A stretch of 63,967 nt of DNA, filler included, from Intoshia linei (lineage: Eukaryota > Animalia > Orthonectida): assembly GCA_001642005.1 (NCBI GenBank). It is 8 parts of 8 records of this genome, joined end to end, with 100 filler letters (N's around TTAATTAATTAA, not from the genome) between each part and the next. Parts side by side here need not be neighbours in the genome. Positions count along the whole stretch, not along the records: positions 1 to 21,326 come from LWCA01000657.1; positions 21,427 to 27,306 come from LWCA01001734.1; positions 27,407 to 38,290 come from LWCA01001223.1; 5 more parts are not named here. One strand, given 5' to 3'. Made by a program: the position numbers and the translations under genes. This document shows, in pieces, positions 15,301 to 28,832 of the stretch; the stretch's first letter is position 1, and the number at the start of each line of letters is the position of its first letter. The notes beneath the pieces were generated by a model. It saw only the letters and a program-made list of their open reading frames with translations, was not told the DNA's origin and ran no database searches.

Positions 15301-18300
15301 CAATTTTATTTTTTTTGGTTAAATCGAAACACACAGGTTGGCAATTTTCTTGATAAAAATTGGGAATAAGTGAAATGTTTTGAGGATTTTTAAGTGAATA
15401 CATAAAGTGAATATTAGGTTTCATATTCTCATTATAAAATATTTTATATTCTTTTCCAACAAATAAGGTGTGTGCAAAATTCATTCGTTGAAGTGTGATG
15501 GAAAAATTATTAAAAACGTATTTTCTTAAATTTTCTTTGTGGTTAATTTTCTTATGTTGCGCACTAATGTTTATATATGTTTTTATTATAATAGAATTTA
15601 TATTTTCCATAACATCTATCCAATTGTTAGTATGATGTGAATCACAATAAAATACTTTTCTTCCGTCAAATATATTCCATTCATTATTAAATAGGTCTGT
15701 AAACAATAATGTAATTTTTTTTTCAGGATCAATCAAATTTAATTTTTCGAAAAATCTTAATGGTGATAAACCAGATACTATCATCAAAATAAAATTTGTT
15801 GATGAGATTTCATAGTTTTGAATTTCTAGATCACTTAAAACTTGTTGAGCTCCCAAAGACATGTTATAATCTATAAATAGTATTATCAATAATTGCAGTT
15901 TTTAGTAATTTTTTACTAAATATCGGTGATACACGTTGTACCCGTACCTTTAAATTGTCGCTATTAACATTTCATTATATTTTATCATACTATATAGTAT
16001 ATAGTTTATATATTAGGGTGTGCACTTTTATACTGAAAAAAAAGTATATTTGCACATAGGTGTGTTTTTGTGTGTTGATCACAAATATGCAAAAATTAAT
16101 ACGTTTAATTGAAATTTTCTCCGCTATTTTTAAAAACGCATATGATATTTATTATTTTAGAAATTTGAACAGTAGTTTATTACTTGCTAATTTACTTTAT
16201 AATAAAATATCATTTATAAATTTCAAATATGTCAAAACCCAATAATTTATTATCTAAAAATAGTTTCAAGTGGATATGTTCATACGGAGTAGTTATTAGT
16301 GAACCTTTAAATAATTTATCAAGATTGCCAACTATAAATAAAATTATGGGAAGATACAATTCTTTACAAATAGAACACAATAAAAAATGTAAATCCTATT
16401 ACCGTAATAAAACTGCTGAAGAAATACTTTATTTATGGATAAAATTTAGACTGGGACCAATTTCATTTGTATTGGTAAAATTAAAAATTCGCCATTTAAT
16501 GAAAAAATATGCACTTTATGTAAAAAATTCAAACAAGAATGGGATGAAATATTCACGATAAGAGATACAAATGTGAAGATTGATGAGGAAGATGAAATTT
16601 TTCTTCAAATGCAAATTAATTCAAAGGGTATAAAATTTTAATACTGTATATTAAAATAAAAAATTTCATAAATCTAATTATTATTTTATCATTCTAAAAA
16701 GTATTTTGACGAGCCGCATGTAATCCATGGACCTCTATTTAAACACTCTTTATTATTTTATGCAACACCAACAAGAAAGTTTATTATTGTTGATAAAAAA
16801 AAATTGAAATATGTTTGGGCGGAGCAAAAGTGTAACGTTTTGTAAATGTAATCGAATATTTAAAATTATATTTATTTTATAAAAATGTTAATTATGATCC
16901 ATCCGTTAAAATTTACATTAATTTGAATTAATAAAAGTAGACAGCAGATTAATATAAAACGATTCAATGGAACCAGGTGATGCGATTGAACTTTCGTTAT
17001 TCATGTAATTATCATGATGGGAACCCTCCATCCCTAAATTTTTTTTATCTGAATAATATAATATTACATATTTTCGGTAAACTGCGATTTACTATTACTA
17101 TGTTATATATTTACTACTAGCTCACATATGGCTCGTACTAGTCTACATATTTACAGTAAGTGTTCACTTTAGGGCTTCTACGTTTAGGGTCGCCCGATTT
17201 TTTTATATATGCCGCCATAATATCTGCATCACTAAGATTTTTTCCACTGAGCACTGGAAAATTTTACAGGGTACAATTGATACTATAAAAACACAATATA
17301 ATAAAGTTTATGTTCTTTATTGAAAAATAATTTTAATTATTTTTAAATTCAAAAAGATTATAATGTTTTGAGAGTTAGAAAGTTTTAAGCACGCCACTCT
17401 GCTCAAAACAAACAGTTTCATTCAACTCGTTGACTAATTTGTAATTTATATATAAAGCGGGTTTACTACAAAAAATTAATGTGCTCCCTATCATGAATTC
17501 TCAAGCGGGTGTGACGGTCCCTAAGAGGTTGCAAAACGTTTCAGGAGTTGCCAATTATTTAAAGATTTAAAAAGAACTTTATTTAAAAGTTTTTATAATT
17601 TTTACAAATTTTATGATACATTTCATTGATTCATTTGAAGAGAAACCTCAGGTACGATTAAGTCGGCACTAAATACAGCAATCTCAATAAATTGAATAAA
17701 TTTTTAATAAATGCAATGATAAATTAAATTTGATTTGATTCGTGAATTTGCTTTCCCGGAAAATCACAATCACTAATTACAATAAAGGAATTCTTGTGAA
17801 ATTTTTGTTGTTCGTAATAGGGAGGGGGTCGCAAGATGCAAAAGGTTTTTAACTACAAATCTATATAGTTAGGTACTAAAATGAAAAATTAAATAGCGTA
17901 CAACTCGTTGTCAATTTCTCTTAGGACCCACAAAATTGCTTATTGCACTAGTGCGGCCTGGTACATCGATTAATAAACGCTCCTTTACATTGCAATGCAT
18001 TGTAGTGTAAAATGCTTTGTAAAGAGAATATAGTAAATACATATATTGGTATATTGGTTCAAATTGAATTAAATAAAAACATACTATTTATAGATTGAAT
18101 GTAGGCATTAATTTCTTGCAAAATGTCAATTTCATAAACTCCAGGCGTATAAATTACTGATATATCACTCGCTTTAGCTTGAATCAAAAAATCGCAAATA
18201 ATTTTGGCTTGTTGCTTATTTGAAGAAGATATGGAGGTCAATTTTAAATTTTTTGAAAATTCTTTAAGGTGGGTATATGAGACTTTTGGTAAGACAATCG

Positions 18301-18929
18301 GATACACAAAAGTATTTAATATTTTTATCAATTCAATAGCATCATTTGTATAATTCGGACCAACTATTACAACAATTTTATCTTTATATATTTCATTATA
18401 TTTTAAATTTTTAATTCTATCTATTTGGCTTAATAATGAATAGCTTCTTGATCGAGGGTAGTCTATACAAACTTTGACATCCTCAAATGTTCTACAGCCT
18501 TCACGCACATCATAACTATAATTGTTTTTTATATTATGACAATAAATAAATTAGAAATTATAAAACTTTGCAATGAATCAATGAATTAGAACCATTTAAA
18601 CTGAAATGTTATTTGTTTATTACATTTTATTAGCCATTTTTTGACACGATTACCTGCAGTAGATATTGATCTTATACTTAAAGATACAAAAAAACGGCCT
18701 GTTTACCTGTTGAATGAAAACTGTTCATGTGTGATACTGCCAAAAATATTCATAATAATAAAATTAAATATTGATTTAGATTGCCGTAAATTTTGTTGTA
18801 TTTAGAAGATACCTATATTTAATAATACCTGGGTCTAGAAATCCAATACACTATTAATTCATTGGTGTATATTAATTTAAATTGTACAATACAATATAAT
18901 AATTGAAATATAAAGATAGAATTTTTCAT
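12313..18929 (-). CDS. Class C GPCR, paralog 2, 5 exons, ~694 aa
   Basis: Model complement(12313..12807,14153..14616,15277..15870,18085..18515,18829..18929) = 2085 nt, in frame. Exons 2 (431 nt) and 4 (464 nt) match paralog 1 in length and phase. Motifs IVGPNYTND, CQPVCFD..VCWICQDC, SSHYEID, RAYPANWNE. Confidence 0.85.
13300..14078 (-). mobile_element. Helitron-like family copy (intron of GPCR paralog 2)
   Basis: Near-identical blocks to the 11230-11820 and 45610-46248 copies, e.g. GAATGCGTAGATTTCTGGGGTTGAAATTTTG and GAAATGTGGACTTTATAAAATTCTAAGAC. Boundaries approximate. Confidence 0.65.
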
Positions 18930-19238
18930 CTTGTGTGAAATATGCTATGAACTATGTATCCAAAGTAAATATTTGTTCATCATATTGCGAATATCAATTT
19001 TGACCATTTTAATCATTCAAAATTAATTATGGCTTGAATATGAGACGACACTAATTTAAATCCAGTTGAAAAAGTATGAACAGTGTTCATTGAACACACC
19101 TTTATTTATCAAGAAGAGGGCCAAATATCTCTAGGAAAATATTTTTATTGGTAAATTAATTATTATTTATTAATTAACATAATCAATAATTTGACCGCAA
19201 CCATATTATTTTGACACATTTACTAGAATAATACCTTA

Positions 19239-20214
19239 TCCTTACTTATATAATAATGTATGCTATGCAATATTTGTTTGTGTGTTGTTATCGTTTATTT
19301 CAATAACTACCAGTCTTAGAATTTTATAAAGTCCACATTTCAATTACAGTTAGTTTCCGGGAATAAATTAACTAAATTAGTTAGCAAAATAAATTTCAAT
19401 TTCCCAAATTCACATCTTACGGGTCAAAAAGCCCAATTGTCCGTTTTTTGAAAATCAAACGAGTACGAGAATTTAAAAAAATATATACGCTGATACGGAT
19501 TTTAAAATCATAAACATTATCATAATTTTAAATGCTGATGCGGATTTTAAAATCATAAACATTATCATAAATTTAAATTTAAAAAAATACACTGATGCGG
19601 ATTTTAAAATCATAAACATTATCATAAATTTAAATTTAAAAAAATTTTATCTTCAGGGCCAAAACCTTATATTACTTTTCTTTTATTAATGAAAACAGCC
19701 CTAGAATTTAAAAAAATTTACAGGTGGTACAGTTGTATCCTGTTAACACACACCAAAAATTTCAATCCGAATAAGTCACGACTTCACGGTCAAAAAAGCA
19801 TTTTCGTATTGATATATTTTTTTTCCGAAATATTTTGTTAACAAAAACAAAAAATGTAAAATAATTAACGGTCGGAAAATTAAAAAAAAGATTGTTCTGA
19901 TAGAACTTATTCCAGTTGATATAAATACAAAAGTTCAATCTGAGAAATCTACGCATTCCCGATGAAAAATAATTTTTAATATATTATCAACCAATATTTT
20001 ACAAATATTTCGATTAAAATAAAAATTGAAAATTGATCCTACAATTTCAAAAAAAATGTGCATTGAACGTCTACACATTTCCTATAAAGAAATATGGGTG
20101 AAAATGTTAACAAATAAAAAATTAAGATGGAATTAAATAATTCACTTTAAAATAAAAAGTAATGTGATAGGACGGTTCCACCTGAAAACAAGTTTGGGAA
20201 CCACTCTTTTAAAG
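19239..20214 (+). mobile_element. Helitron-like family copy with internal tandem triplication
   Basis: A|TCCTTACTTATATAAT 5' end. A ~45-60 bp unit (CTGATRCGGATTTTAAAATCATAAACATTATCATAA) repeats three times at ~19490-19640. Interrupted at 20215 by a hAT element. Confidence 0.65.
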
Positions 20215-21130
20215 CAGTGGTTCTTAACCTTTTTTGACCTATGCACTCCCAAATATTGATTTTAATGACTGTGCACCCCTGATTAAAAATCAATTAATAC
20301 AATATTAATTATAAATAAAGTGTTAACTAGTTTTTTAAATTAAACGGATAAAATTTAAGAATTAAAGCTGATTTGGTCATAATAATGGTCGTGGAGAGCC
20401 AGCAGTAGGCCCGGGCTCGATGGAAAGTATAGGCCCCTATAAAAAAATTTATAAAAATGGATTTCTGTACATTAATTAATGGAACGTTCAATATCTAAAA
20501 ATTAAAAATAATATTGATTATTGAAATTATGATATACTTAAGAAATTTTTTATCAATACCTATTAATAAATTAACAAAGTAGGCCCTCATGATTGTAGAC
20601 ACGGGACATATGACCCTCTCCACGACCCTGTCTGTACTTACTTCAAATCTTTATAAAAATGAAAACGTGTCAAATATCATATCCACTTAAAGCTTTGTAA
20701 GTACTACTGCAATATTCAGTAGATATATTATCTATTTTCCATTGAAAAATGTCGAAAAATGTAGCAGCCCTGGTTATACCATTAAATTCATTAATCAAAA
20801 ATAGACTATTCAAATATAATGTGAAAGACTCAGAAAATAGATGAATTAAGTGGTAGCGGAAAACTTTTACATAACAATTGAACAAATTTATTTACATAAA
20901 TTTCAATGGGATCGTTATTGTTGCTTTGAAATGAGAAGTAAGCTAAATATTCGCATTATTTTTAATAGGCTCACTCGCATACCGACACGGACATATAATT
21001 TATTCCTTTTTCTTTTGTTTTAATTAATTTGTTAGAATAGAAAATCCAGCCTCACAAAACTATGTTGTAAAAAAAGTAATAATTACTTAAAGAACAATTT
21101 GAGTCACAAATGGATAGATATTAAGCATAA
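20215..21130 (-). mobile_element. Degenerate hAT (Buster/Charlie) element with a nested small MITE
   Basis: Terminus CAGTGGTTCTTAACC at 20215. Minus-strand relic FTT*FCEAGFSIL..KRNKL..MRVSL..KQQ*RSH (Buster-type C-terminus) at ~20904-21130. Nested GGTCGTGGAGAG...CTCTCCACGACC inverted ends at ~20387-20630. Confidence 0.6.
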
Positions 21131-22014
21131 TACATCAAAAACCACAAAACATCACATTTGAACCTATCATATATAATATATTTCCCAAAAAGCCACTAGA
21201 ACAATTAAGGGGCTATGTAAAAAAGTTTTTATTTGAGGGCCAAAGTAAATTATAGGGCCCATAAAAATTTTGATATATATTTTAATGTATTAATATATAA
21301 TTTATTTCGAATACATCAATTCTCTTNNNNNNNNNNNNNNNNNNNNNNNNNNNNNNNNNNNNNNNNNNNNTTAATTAATTAANNNNNNNNNNNNNNNNNN
21401 NNNNNNNNNNNNNNNNNNNNNNNNNNGTCAGGCTCAATCGTCTCATTAATTCTAAAAAATAAATACATTATTATTGTTTTGATCAATATTTTATTATAAT
21501 TCGTTCGAATTTTTTTTCAGTGGGGCCTGGAATTTTTTTAAGAATAAAAGTGGGGCCTAGCATAAAAAAGGTTGGGAAACACTGTATTAGAGTATACATT
21601 TTTTTAAATTCTGGGAATCGTTTGATGTTAAAAAAAGGATAATTGAGGTTTTTGACATTAAAGGACTAATTGTCTAAAAATAAAAATTGAAAAAAATCAA
21701 TCAAACATAAATTTTATCATAAATTGGTATTTTTAAACTCTACGCCTCTTAGTTTCTTAAAATTGTAATATACAAACAGACATACATTTTTAACTAAATT
21801 AAATTTTTATCTGTATAAGTAAGAATTAAGATTGCTAGCTATTCCAAAAAATGTGTTTTTTCTTGATAATCTTAATTTTTAATTTTCGACATTCTATTCC
21901 AAAATTTCAAATTAGATATATTTACCAATGAATGACTAATTTATATATTAGCTATATATTGATTTAAATGACTTTATTTTCATATAAATAATTTTATTAA
22001 TAACTATTTTTCAA

Positions 22015-25001
22015 ATGGTCATCTTAAGAATTGCTCTGTTACTCATCTTTATTTGTTACGGCGAATCTATAAGTATATTTTTTATTATATATTTGTATAT
22101 CACTTTCAATTAATTCATTCGTGTTTGGTGTGACCACAAAAGTTAATACTATAAAAATGTTAGTTAATTTAAATTTTTGTCTTGCAATCGTATAAAAACT
22201 TAGACAGATTTATACAAGCTACCATTGATACCTTAACCCAGAGATGCCCAACCTGTAGATTGGAGATGATTTTCTATTCGATTGGCAAAATTAAAAAATT
22301 ACAATTAATCTTTTACTTTAATAATACTCGTCATTAAAACGATCTCTATTATAAAACAATTTATTTTAACTCATATACTCCCAGTGTGACCATATGGTCA
22401 CACAACATTACATTTATAAAAACACGTATCAAATTGAAACAAAGTTAATTAAATATGAAAAATTAAATTAATTAGTATATTATATAACATTCGAGTATAT
22501 TAGTCATGAGTTTTCATTGATTAGCCTCCTGTGTCACTGACAGTGGCCCAAAATGATTTTTCAAAGCAAAAAAAAATTCACTGAAAAAATTTTTTATATT
22601 TTTTTTGTTAAAGTTGTGATAACTGAATTTAATTGAATTTATATGATGAATTCATGTATTGGCTACAATTTGATAAAATAATTAGGTATATTGACATTCG
22701 GTTTTATATATACACGCTTATATTTGCCTTATTCTCCCAATGTGAACATATAGAATGTGAAATAATTCCAAATCTACAATTGGTAATTACCTAAAATTAT
22801 ATATGGTGAGAAATAGGCAAATATGTATTAACTTCCCAAATTTTTGGAACAATCGAAGCCAAAAAATTGGAAAAATTTGTCTGGGAGTATATGGGTTAAT
22901 ATTGATAAATCTTAATTGTATTTATATTAAACATAATACACGTGTAATATACATTGTATATTGTATATTGTAGTTCATTGTAATATAATGTTCGTAATCT
23001 CATAAAATCATAAGTTTTCAAGCATAATGTTATGGTAAAATATAAAACATGATTTGCAACATTTTTCATGAAAAACGTCATTTTTGACAAAAAGTCAAAT
23101 AGAACATTATAACTCTAACACTGCGATATGTGGAGTGGGTATCGGAACTTTACTTATTTAACCCCTTATCTAGCAATATTATTAAATAATATACTTGCTA
23201 CATTAAATTATAACATTTGGATTAGTCCACTATTTCTTATACTAGGTTTTGCCGATATGTTTCAAATACACAGCAAAAGTGCTTCGAATTATTTCAAATT
23301 TTAATTTTTATGTTTTATACGATTCACTTTTTAATTTTTAAATTAGGTTCCGATCAGAAACATTTTTCTAGTCAAGATAAATATAGTATTAATCGATCGC
23401 CACTCATTGAAAAATTTTAAAGTCGATCGCATTAAAAAAGGTGGGCACCCCTGCCTTAACCTATAAATAATGAGGTCGATTAATCATGGAAACATATGTA
23501 TACCATCTTAGCGAAAGTTAAGAATTCATAAAATATATTATGAAGCTACTGTAAACCAGAAATAATGTTTATGTTTTTGAATGTTTAAATTTAATATTGT
23601 TGCAATATTATTGCGAAACCTCGAGTCCTATTTTTTTAGTATAAAGGGTGGTTGGTATGAGTAGGTAAAAATGGATTGTTGTCTAAAGAATTAATAAAAT
23701 TGAATTTTTTTCAAATAGTTAGCATGAATTTTTTCATAAAGGGTTGATAATTATTATAATAATTATTATAATAGTAGACTTTTTTGAACAAGGTTGGTGA
23801 AAGTGAATTTTTCTCAAATTTTTTTAAATATTTTAACAATGTAAATTAAATAAATGTCTTCACTTTACTTGAAAGAGTAAAATAAACTATACAGTCATTC
23901 TGTAAAATAACTGATTCTCCAAACGGACATACATAATTATATAATAAAAGCTTGTTGATATTCGATAAAAACTTTTAAATTTTTTTCCAGAACACCTCAA
24001 AATATCAATTTTTCATTATTATTATTATATTTTAGTTTGCACCATTTCCTGCAAATTATGTATTATATTTTGCATTCGATGTCATTCCAACACTTATAAA
24101 GACCACACATTTAATCTCTGCCAAGGTAATATTTATAATTATAAAACAATTATAAATTAAATTCAGTTGAATATGTTAAGACGAAGAGTTCAATTATGCG
24201 GTTCGCGTTATAATATAAATTTTTATTTTTACAACAATTTTTTACACATATTTCTTTTTATACAGTTTTTTCATATATTTTTCATGATTTATTTATGCAT
24301 GATTACAATTTTAACATTATTTGTACACTTATTCCATTATTATTGTTTCTTATCTCATTTTATAAATTAAAATTATTATAAATTAATTAAAACTGTTAGT
24401 TTTAACATAATTTTTTGAGTAAAGATATTTTTTATACGGCCCGCGTAATAATTTTTTTTCACATTAGACAGCCAAGCAAATTAAGTCGGACAACCCTGGT
24501 TAAGACTATGCATGTGCTAATATTTCAAATGTGTTAGCATTTCTATATTTTCCAAGTAGATTTTACTTATTTTGTATTAAATTTTACAATTTGTGTTACA
24601 ATTTAGTTTTATTGCAATTTAACATTTCATTTAAATGTTCTATTTGTTGTTTTTATAGTTTTAAATTCTCTATCTCGTCAACTTTTTCGAAATCCCAAGA
24701 ATGGCGAGTTATAGAAAGAATACTGTACTTCATATGAAGTACATAACGCATAAGTTAATAATTTAGTGCAATTGTTTGAAATAAAATTACAAAATACATA
24801 CATAATATTAAAAATATATATTATTTTAAAGTAATATTTAAAAAAATTTTATGTTAAAAATACACGTGTTAAAATGTAAAACGATAAATAAAATTTGTTC
24901 CTATTTAGAATGTCATCCGACATGTGCACGTTGTAGTGGTGGAGCAGATACAGATTGTAAGTCATGCGTTCGTCAATTCTATTTGGATGGAACTTGTAAA
25001 C
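22015..25001 (+). CDS. Small secreted protein with furin-like Cys-rich repeats (partial model; 3' end uncertain)
   Basis: Exon 22015..22072 MVILRIALLLIFICYGESI (signal peptide, phase 1). Exon 24036..24125 xCTISCKLCIIFCIRCHSNTYKDHTFNLCQ. Exon 24909..25001 xCHPTCARCSGGADTDCKSCVRQFYLDGTCK. Internal exons are phase 1-1 with AG/GT borders. None is in the ORF track. Confidence 0.6.
22239..23453. mobile_element. hAT (Charlie-type) non-autonomous element
   Basis: TIRs CAGAGATGCCCA...TGGGCACCCCTG with a perfect 8-bp TSD CCTTAACC on both sides. Confidence 0.8.
22370..22895. mobile_element. piggyBac-type MITE nested in the hAT element
   Basis: TTAA|CTCATATACTCCCAG ... CTGGGAGTATATGGG|TTAA. Subterminal 20-bp palindrome GTGTGACCATATGGTCACAC. 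A second copy end lies at ~53113-53170. Confidence 0.8.
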
Positions 25002-27549
25002 GTATGCATTAAAAAATTATAAATAATAAATGAATACACGTATTGTATATGTAATAAATATTATGTATGTACTATAAATTGTTCTACACTGTAGATCAGT
25101 GTTTAACCTTTTTACTTCAGGGCAACTTATGAAATAAATAAAAAAATGGGTGCATAAAATATTGATAATTATATTTAGCATGTTATGAAACGTGTCTGCA
25201 TTGTAATGGAGAAAGGGTTAATGAATGTACAGCGTGCATTAACAATCATTATTTAACTATAAACAACTCATGTGAAAGTAACCAAATGAAATATAAAAAT
25301 ATGATATCTATTTTAGGATATTGTAAATATGTGAAAAGTTGATTTAGTTTATTTTTGTTATTTAGATTGGTATATGGGTTTTTATATGGAAGAAATTTGT
25401 TTAATAACTACAAGATACTATCGTCCTTGTTTATGTAATATTTTTTTCTTTATAGAGTTAATTACCAATCATTTAAATAGTGATTCCCAATTTGGATCCA
25501 TTTTTATTATAATTTCAAAAAATAAGTAAATTAATAATAATAAACATACTAAAGTTAACTAAATTATGTAATAAATGAAAAATAAACAATAAAAATAAAC
25601 ATTTCTATTGAAAATTTTTATTTATTTATTTACTGGGCGGTGATAGAAAAAAAGTTGGGAAACACTGATACACACTAACTGAAAGATACAATAACTTCAA
25701 AATTATAGTCAGTAAATTTTACATAATAATTCTTACTGATATCGAATCAAAGTGTTTGGTCTGGCTCATTTTCAAACTTACCGTACCGAAACACTCTTTG
25801 GGGCTCGACGAAATTTTTCTAAACTGAGCATTTAAAATAAATATATTTTTGAATATCATAACTTGTTTTATATTTTAAGTGTCAAATTTATTTCACATTG
25901 TATTTCAGAAATTTTCCAAAGGTTAAGGTTAAAAAGATGAATCTATTTTTCATCACATATTTCGATACCCCTGATAGTTTATTTAATTATCACGTTACTA
26001 ATTAACGAATTAATTTAATTGATGTAATCCCATTACACATTTAATTATATTTTTATGTTTAGAATGTAAATTCAATTCATTTTAGTGAATAATTTTTTAC
26101 TTATATTTATTTAGATATAATTATAATTAGAGAAATTTTTTAAGCATCTAAAACTGATATTTAGTCTGTATATTGCAATTTATTATTCTAATATATACAT
26201 TATAATATAAATTATAAATTATTCATATATTTAAGACAGTAATTTTATATGTATTAATGTATAGTACAATAAAATGTATTGTACTATTTTTTAATAATCA
26301 ATATTAAATTATTTACACGTTAACATAAATACGTACTATCTTTTAGTTTATTTAGAATAAATTTTAAGCCGAAAATTTTTATTCGTCATAATAGATAAGT
26401 AGTTTTGGCTTTACATTTAACATGAGGTTTAAAATTTTAAAAATTGATTAAAGCAGGTACATTGATTTTATTTAAAGTCAAATATGAAAAATGTATTGTA
26501 AATTTGTACAATTTGTAATGGGACCACAAATAATTTCACATTAAAATATTCTTTTAGTATGTAAATTTTATAGATTTCATAATTATAATATAATAAATCA
26601 GATTGACTGGTATGCTAGTATATAGTATAGTATCTAGCTCCGCAGAAGACTTTTCAAATTTACCTCAAAAAAATAAAATTTAATAAATATGGAAATAGTG
26701 GCAAACATCTTATTCAAATTTTGTACGAAATACAAATTTTTCAGAAAAATTTTTTTATTCCCCATTTAATTAATTTTAATTCACTTTAACTTTAATTTTA
26801 TTTAAAGTTTTTACTTTAAGAAAAGTTTTCAGGTTGTTATTTTATTACTTATAATTATCAATTTATATGTATAATAGTTAGTAATATTCTTTATCATGAA
26901 AACATACCTGTTTGAAATTAAAAATTTATTCGATCAATAATAAATATCAATTTAGTGGGTAAATTTAATTTAAATTGTCTCTGATTAATGTTATTTTTCA
27001 TAATTATGATTGTTATTAAAAATTGCAATTGTAATCATATACAGACCCGTATGTTTTGAGCACTTAGTAAAATCGCCGCAATCTGTATAAATTTTCAATA
27101 TTATAATTTTTTAAGTGGCTAATGTACTTAATAACAGAAATTCCATTCCTTAAAAAATTGTTTTGGTTGCGACCATACATTAAATTTAATAAAAACTGAT
27201 TTATTTATAAATAACAATATTTACTCTATCAAATATTTTGAGCACTTACACTTTCATTACTTTCAAAAACGTATTTTTTGCAATATAGGTAATTAATATT
27301 ATTCTTNNNNNNNNNNNNNNNNNNNNNNNNNNNNNNNNNNNNNNNNNNNNTTAATTAATTAANNNNNNNNNNNNNNNNNNNNNNNNNNNNNNNNNNNNNN
27401 NNNNNNGAAGACCATCGTGATGTATTCATCATTATAATAGTTTTAAATTATCAGATCACTGGTTTACTCAAAATAAAAATTGGAAGACCATCGTAATGTA
27501 ATCATTTTTATAACTTATTCATCATGAGAGTATAAGTAAGATAAAATAC

Positions 27550-27903
27550 CGAATTCCGCGTTCCCAAATCATGGAATTTACGTTAGTGTCCAATCTAACA
27601 TCATCAGTTCCCATTTGCTTTCTAGCAAATTCACGTACAATTTTGATAGCTCGTGGTGCTCGTTTTTTGAATCCACTAAAAAAATGATGATTTATAAACC
27701 AAAATATCATTTAAAAAATTTGATATAAAACTCACATAATTTTGTTAGAGATGAACTCTGATTACAATTAGTTAACGATACAATAAAAGTAAAAATTACA
27801 CTCCATGAATTTTACGGTGGATATTGATTGTGTAATCTCGCTCAACCGTAAGATTCGTAAATTTCTTGGGTTTCATAGCTGATTTAAATTTTCGACTAAC
27901 CAT
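27550..27903 (-). CDS. RPL31: 60S ribosomal protein L31 (exons 1-2; last exon probably in the gap at 27307-27406)
   Basis: Exon 27800..27903 MVSRKFK...[16 protein letters not shown]. Exon 27550..27675 [46 protein letters not shown] borders. Confidence 0.93.
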
Positions 27904-28296
27904 TTCACGCAATATTTAACGATAATAAATTCTAATAAAATTATTTTTATTTTAATTGTAACTTTATTTATTGAAATTTTACAAGTTTTTGCATAAAATA
28001 CATTTATTAAGAGTGTATGGTACATTCTGATATTAAGTGAGGATAAATAGTTTGGGTGGATGTTACCGAACTAAGATTTTAAACCAAAACTTTCCTGTCA
28101 AAATTCAGTCTAAATTACTGTCAAAAACCCCAATTATCCTTTTTTTTGAATTCAAACCCGTCTTAGAATTACATAAAATACACAATCTGATAAAGATTTT
28201 AAAATTATCAATATTATGATAAATTTTATATCTTCACGGTCAAAACCCCAAATGACCCCTTTTTTTTAAATTACAACTGTCTTAGAATACATTAAT

Positions 28297-28832
28297 ACAG
28301 GGATGGGCATTTGCGGCCTCTCAGAAAAATTTTGCAAAAAAGTGAAAATTTTAATTGACAATTCAAAAAACAATATATTGCCTTGAGAAATAGTTTCTTA
28401 TAATAAATGCATCTTGAATTTGAAATCTGACTTGTTTTCTCAATATTATTGTCATATATAAGATTCATCAATTTTTTCAACAACTTATTGCTGCGAGTCT
28501 ACATTTTCTCACATGACCAAAATAAAATTTTCCCAACGAACCAATATCACAGACCTACACCTAGAAGAGAGTTTGATTTTGAAAACTAGCAAGTTTCAAC
28601 CAGACATTGACGATTTGGCAACAGCTAAATACAAAAACAAGTTTAACAGTTCAAAATAAATTACTTTTCTGAGGAAATGATTTTTAATCTCTTCATTGAA
28701 CTGATTTTAAGAGCAACAATTCTTTGTTAAATAAACATGAAAGAAAAAGAATTTATGCAAATACATACAACAATTATTTTTATTTTTTGTTGTGGCCTCT
28801 AAGAATTTTCGCTAGACAGATTTGGCCACCGA
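28297..28832 (+). mobile_element. Deleted hAT element (SPIN/GTF2IRD2-like C-terminal relic)
   Basis: Starts CAGGGATGGGCA. Plus-strand FSTTYCCESTFSHMTKIKFSQRTNITDLHLEESLILKTSKFQPDIDDLA resembles the hAT dimerisation domain. Confidence 0.65.

Noticed and set aside
16229-16620. Possible piggyBac transposase relic (TLFMDK-like)
   Set aside because: Too degraded to support by eye.
18705-18737. Candidate micro-exon in the first intron of GPCR paralog 2
   Set aside because: Paralog 1 joins the homologous exons directly across a 43-nt intron, so the micro-exon is not needed.
19762-19956. Short ORFs such as 19762..19956, 39387..39599, 40079..40371, 43410..43613, 44747..45007 and 11758..11949
   Set aside because: They fall in Helitron-like repeat copies and are chance ORFs in AT-rich DNA.
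21327-21426. TTAATTAATTAA embedded in N-runs (also at ~27351, 38335, 46581, 53057, 56054, 58502)
   Set aside because: Artificial scaffold spacer giving stops in all six frames; not biological.
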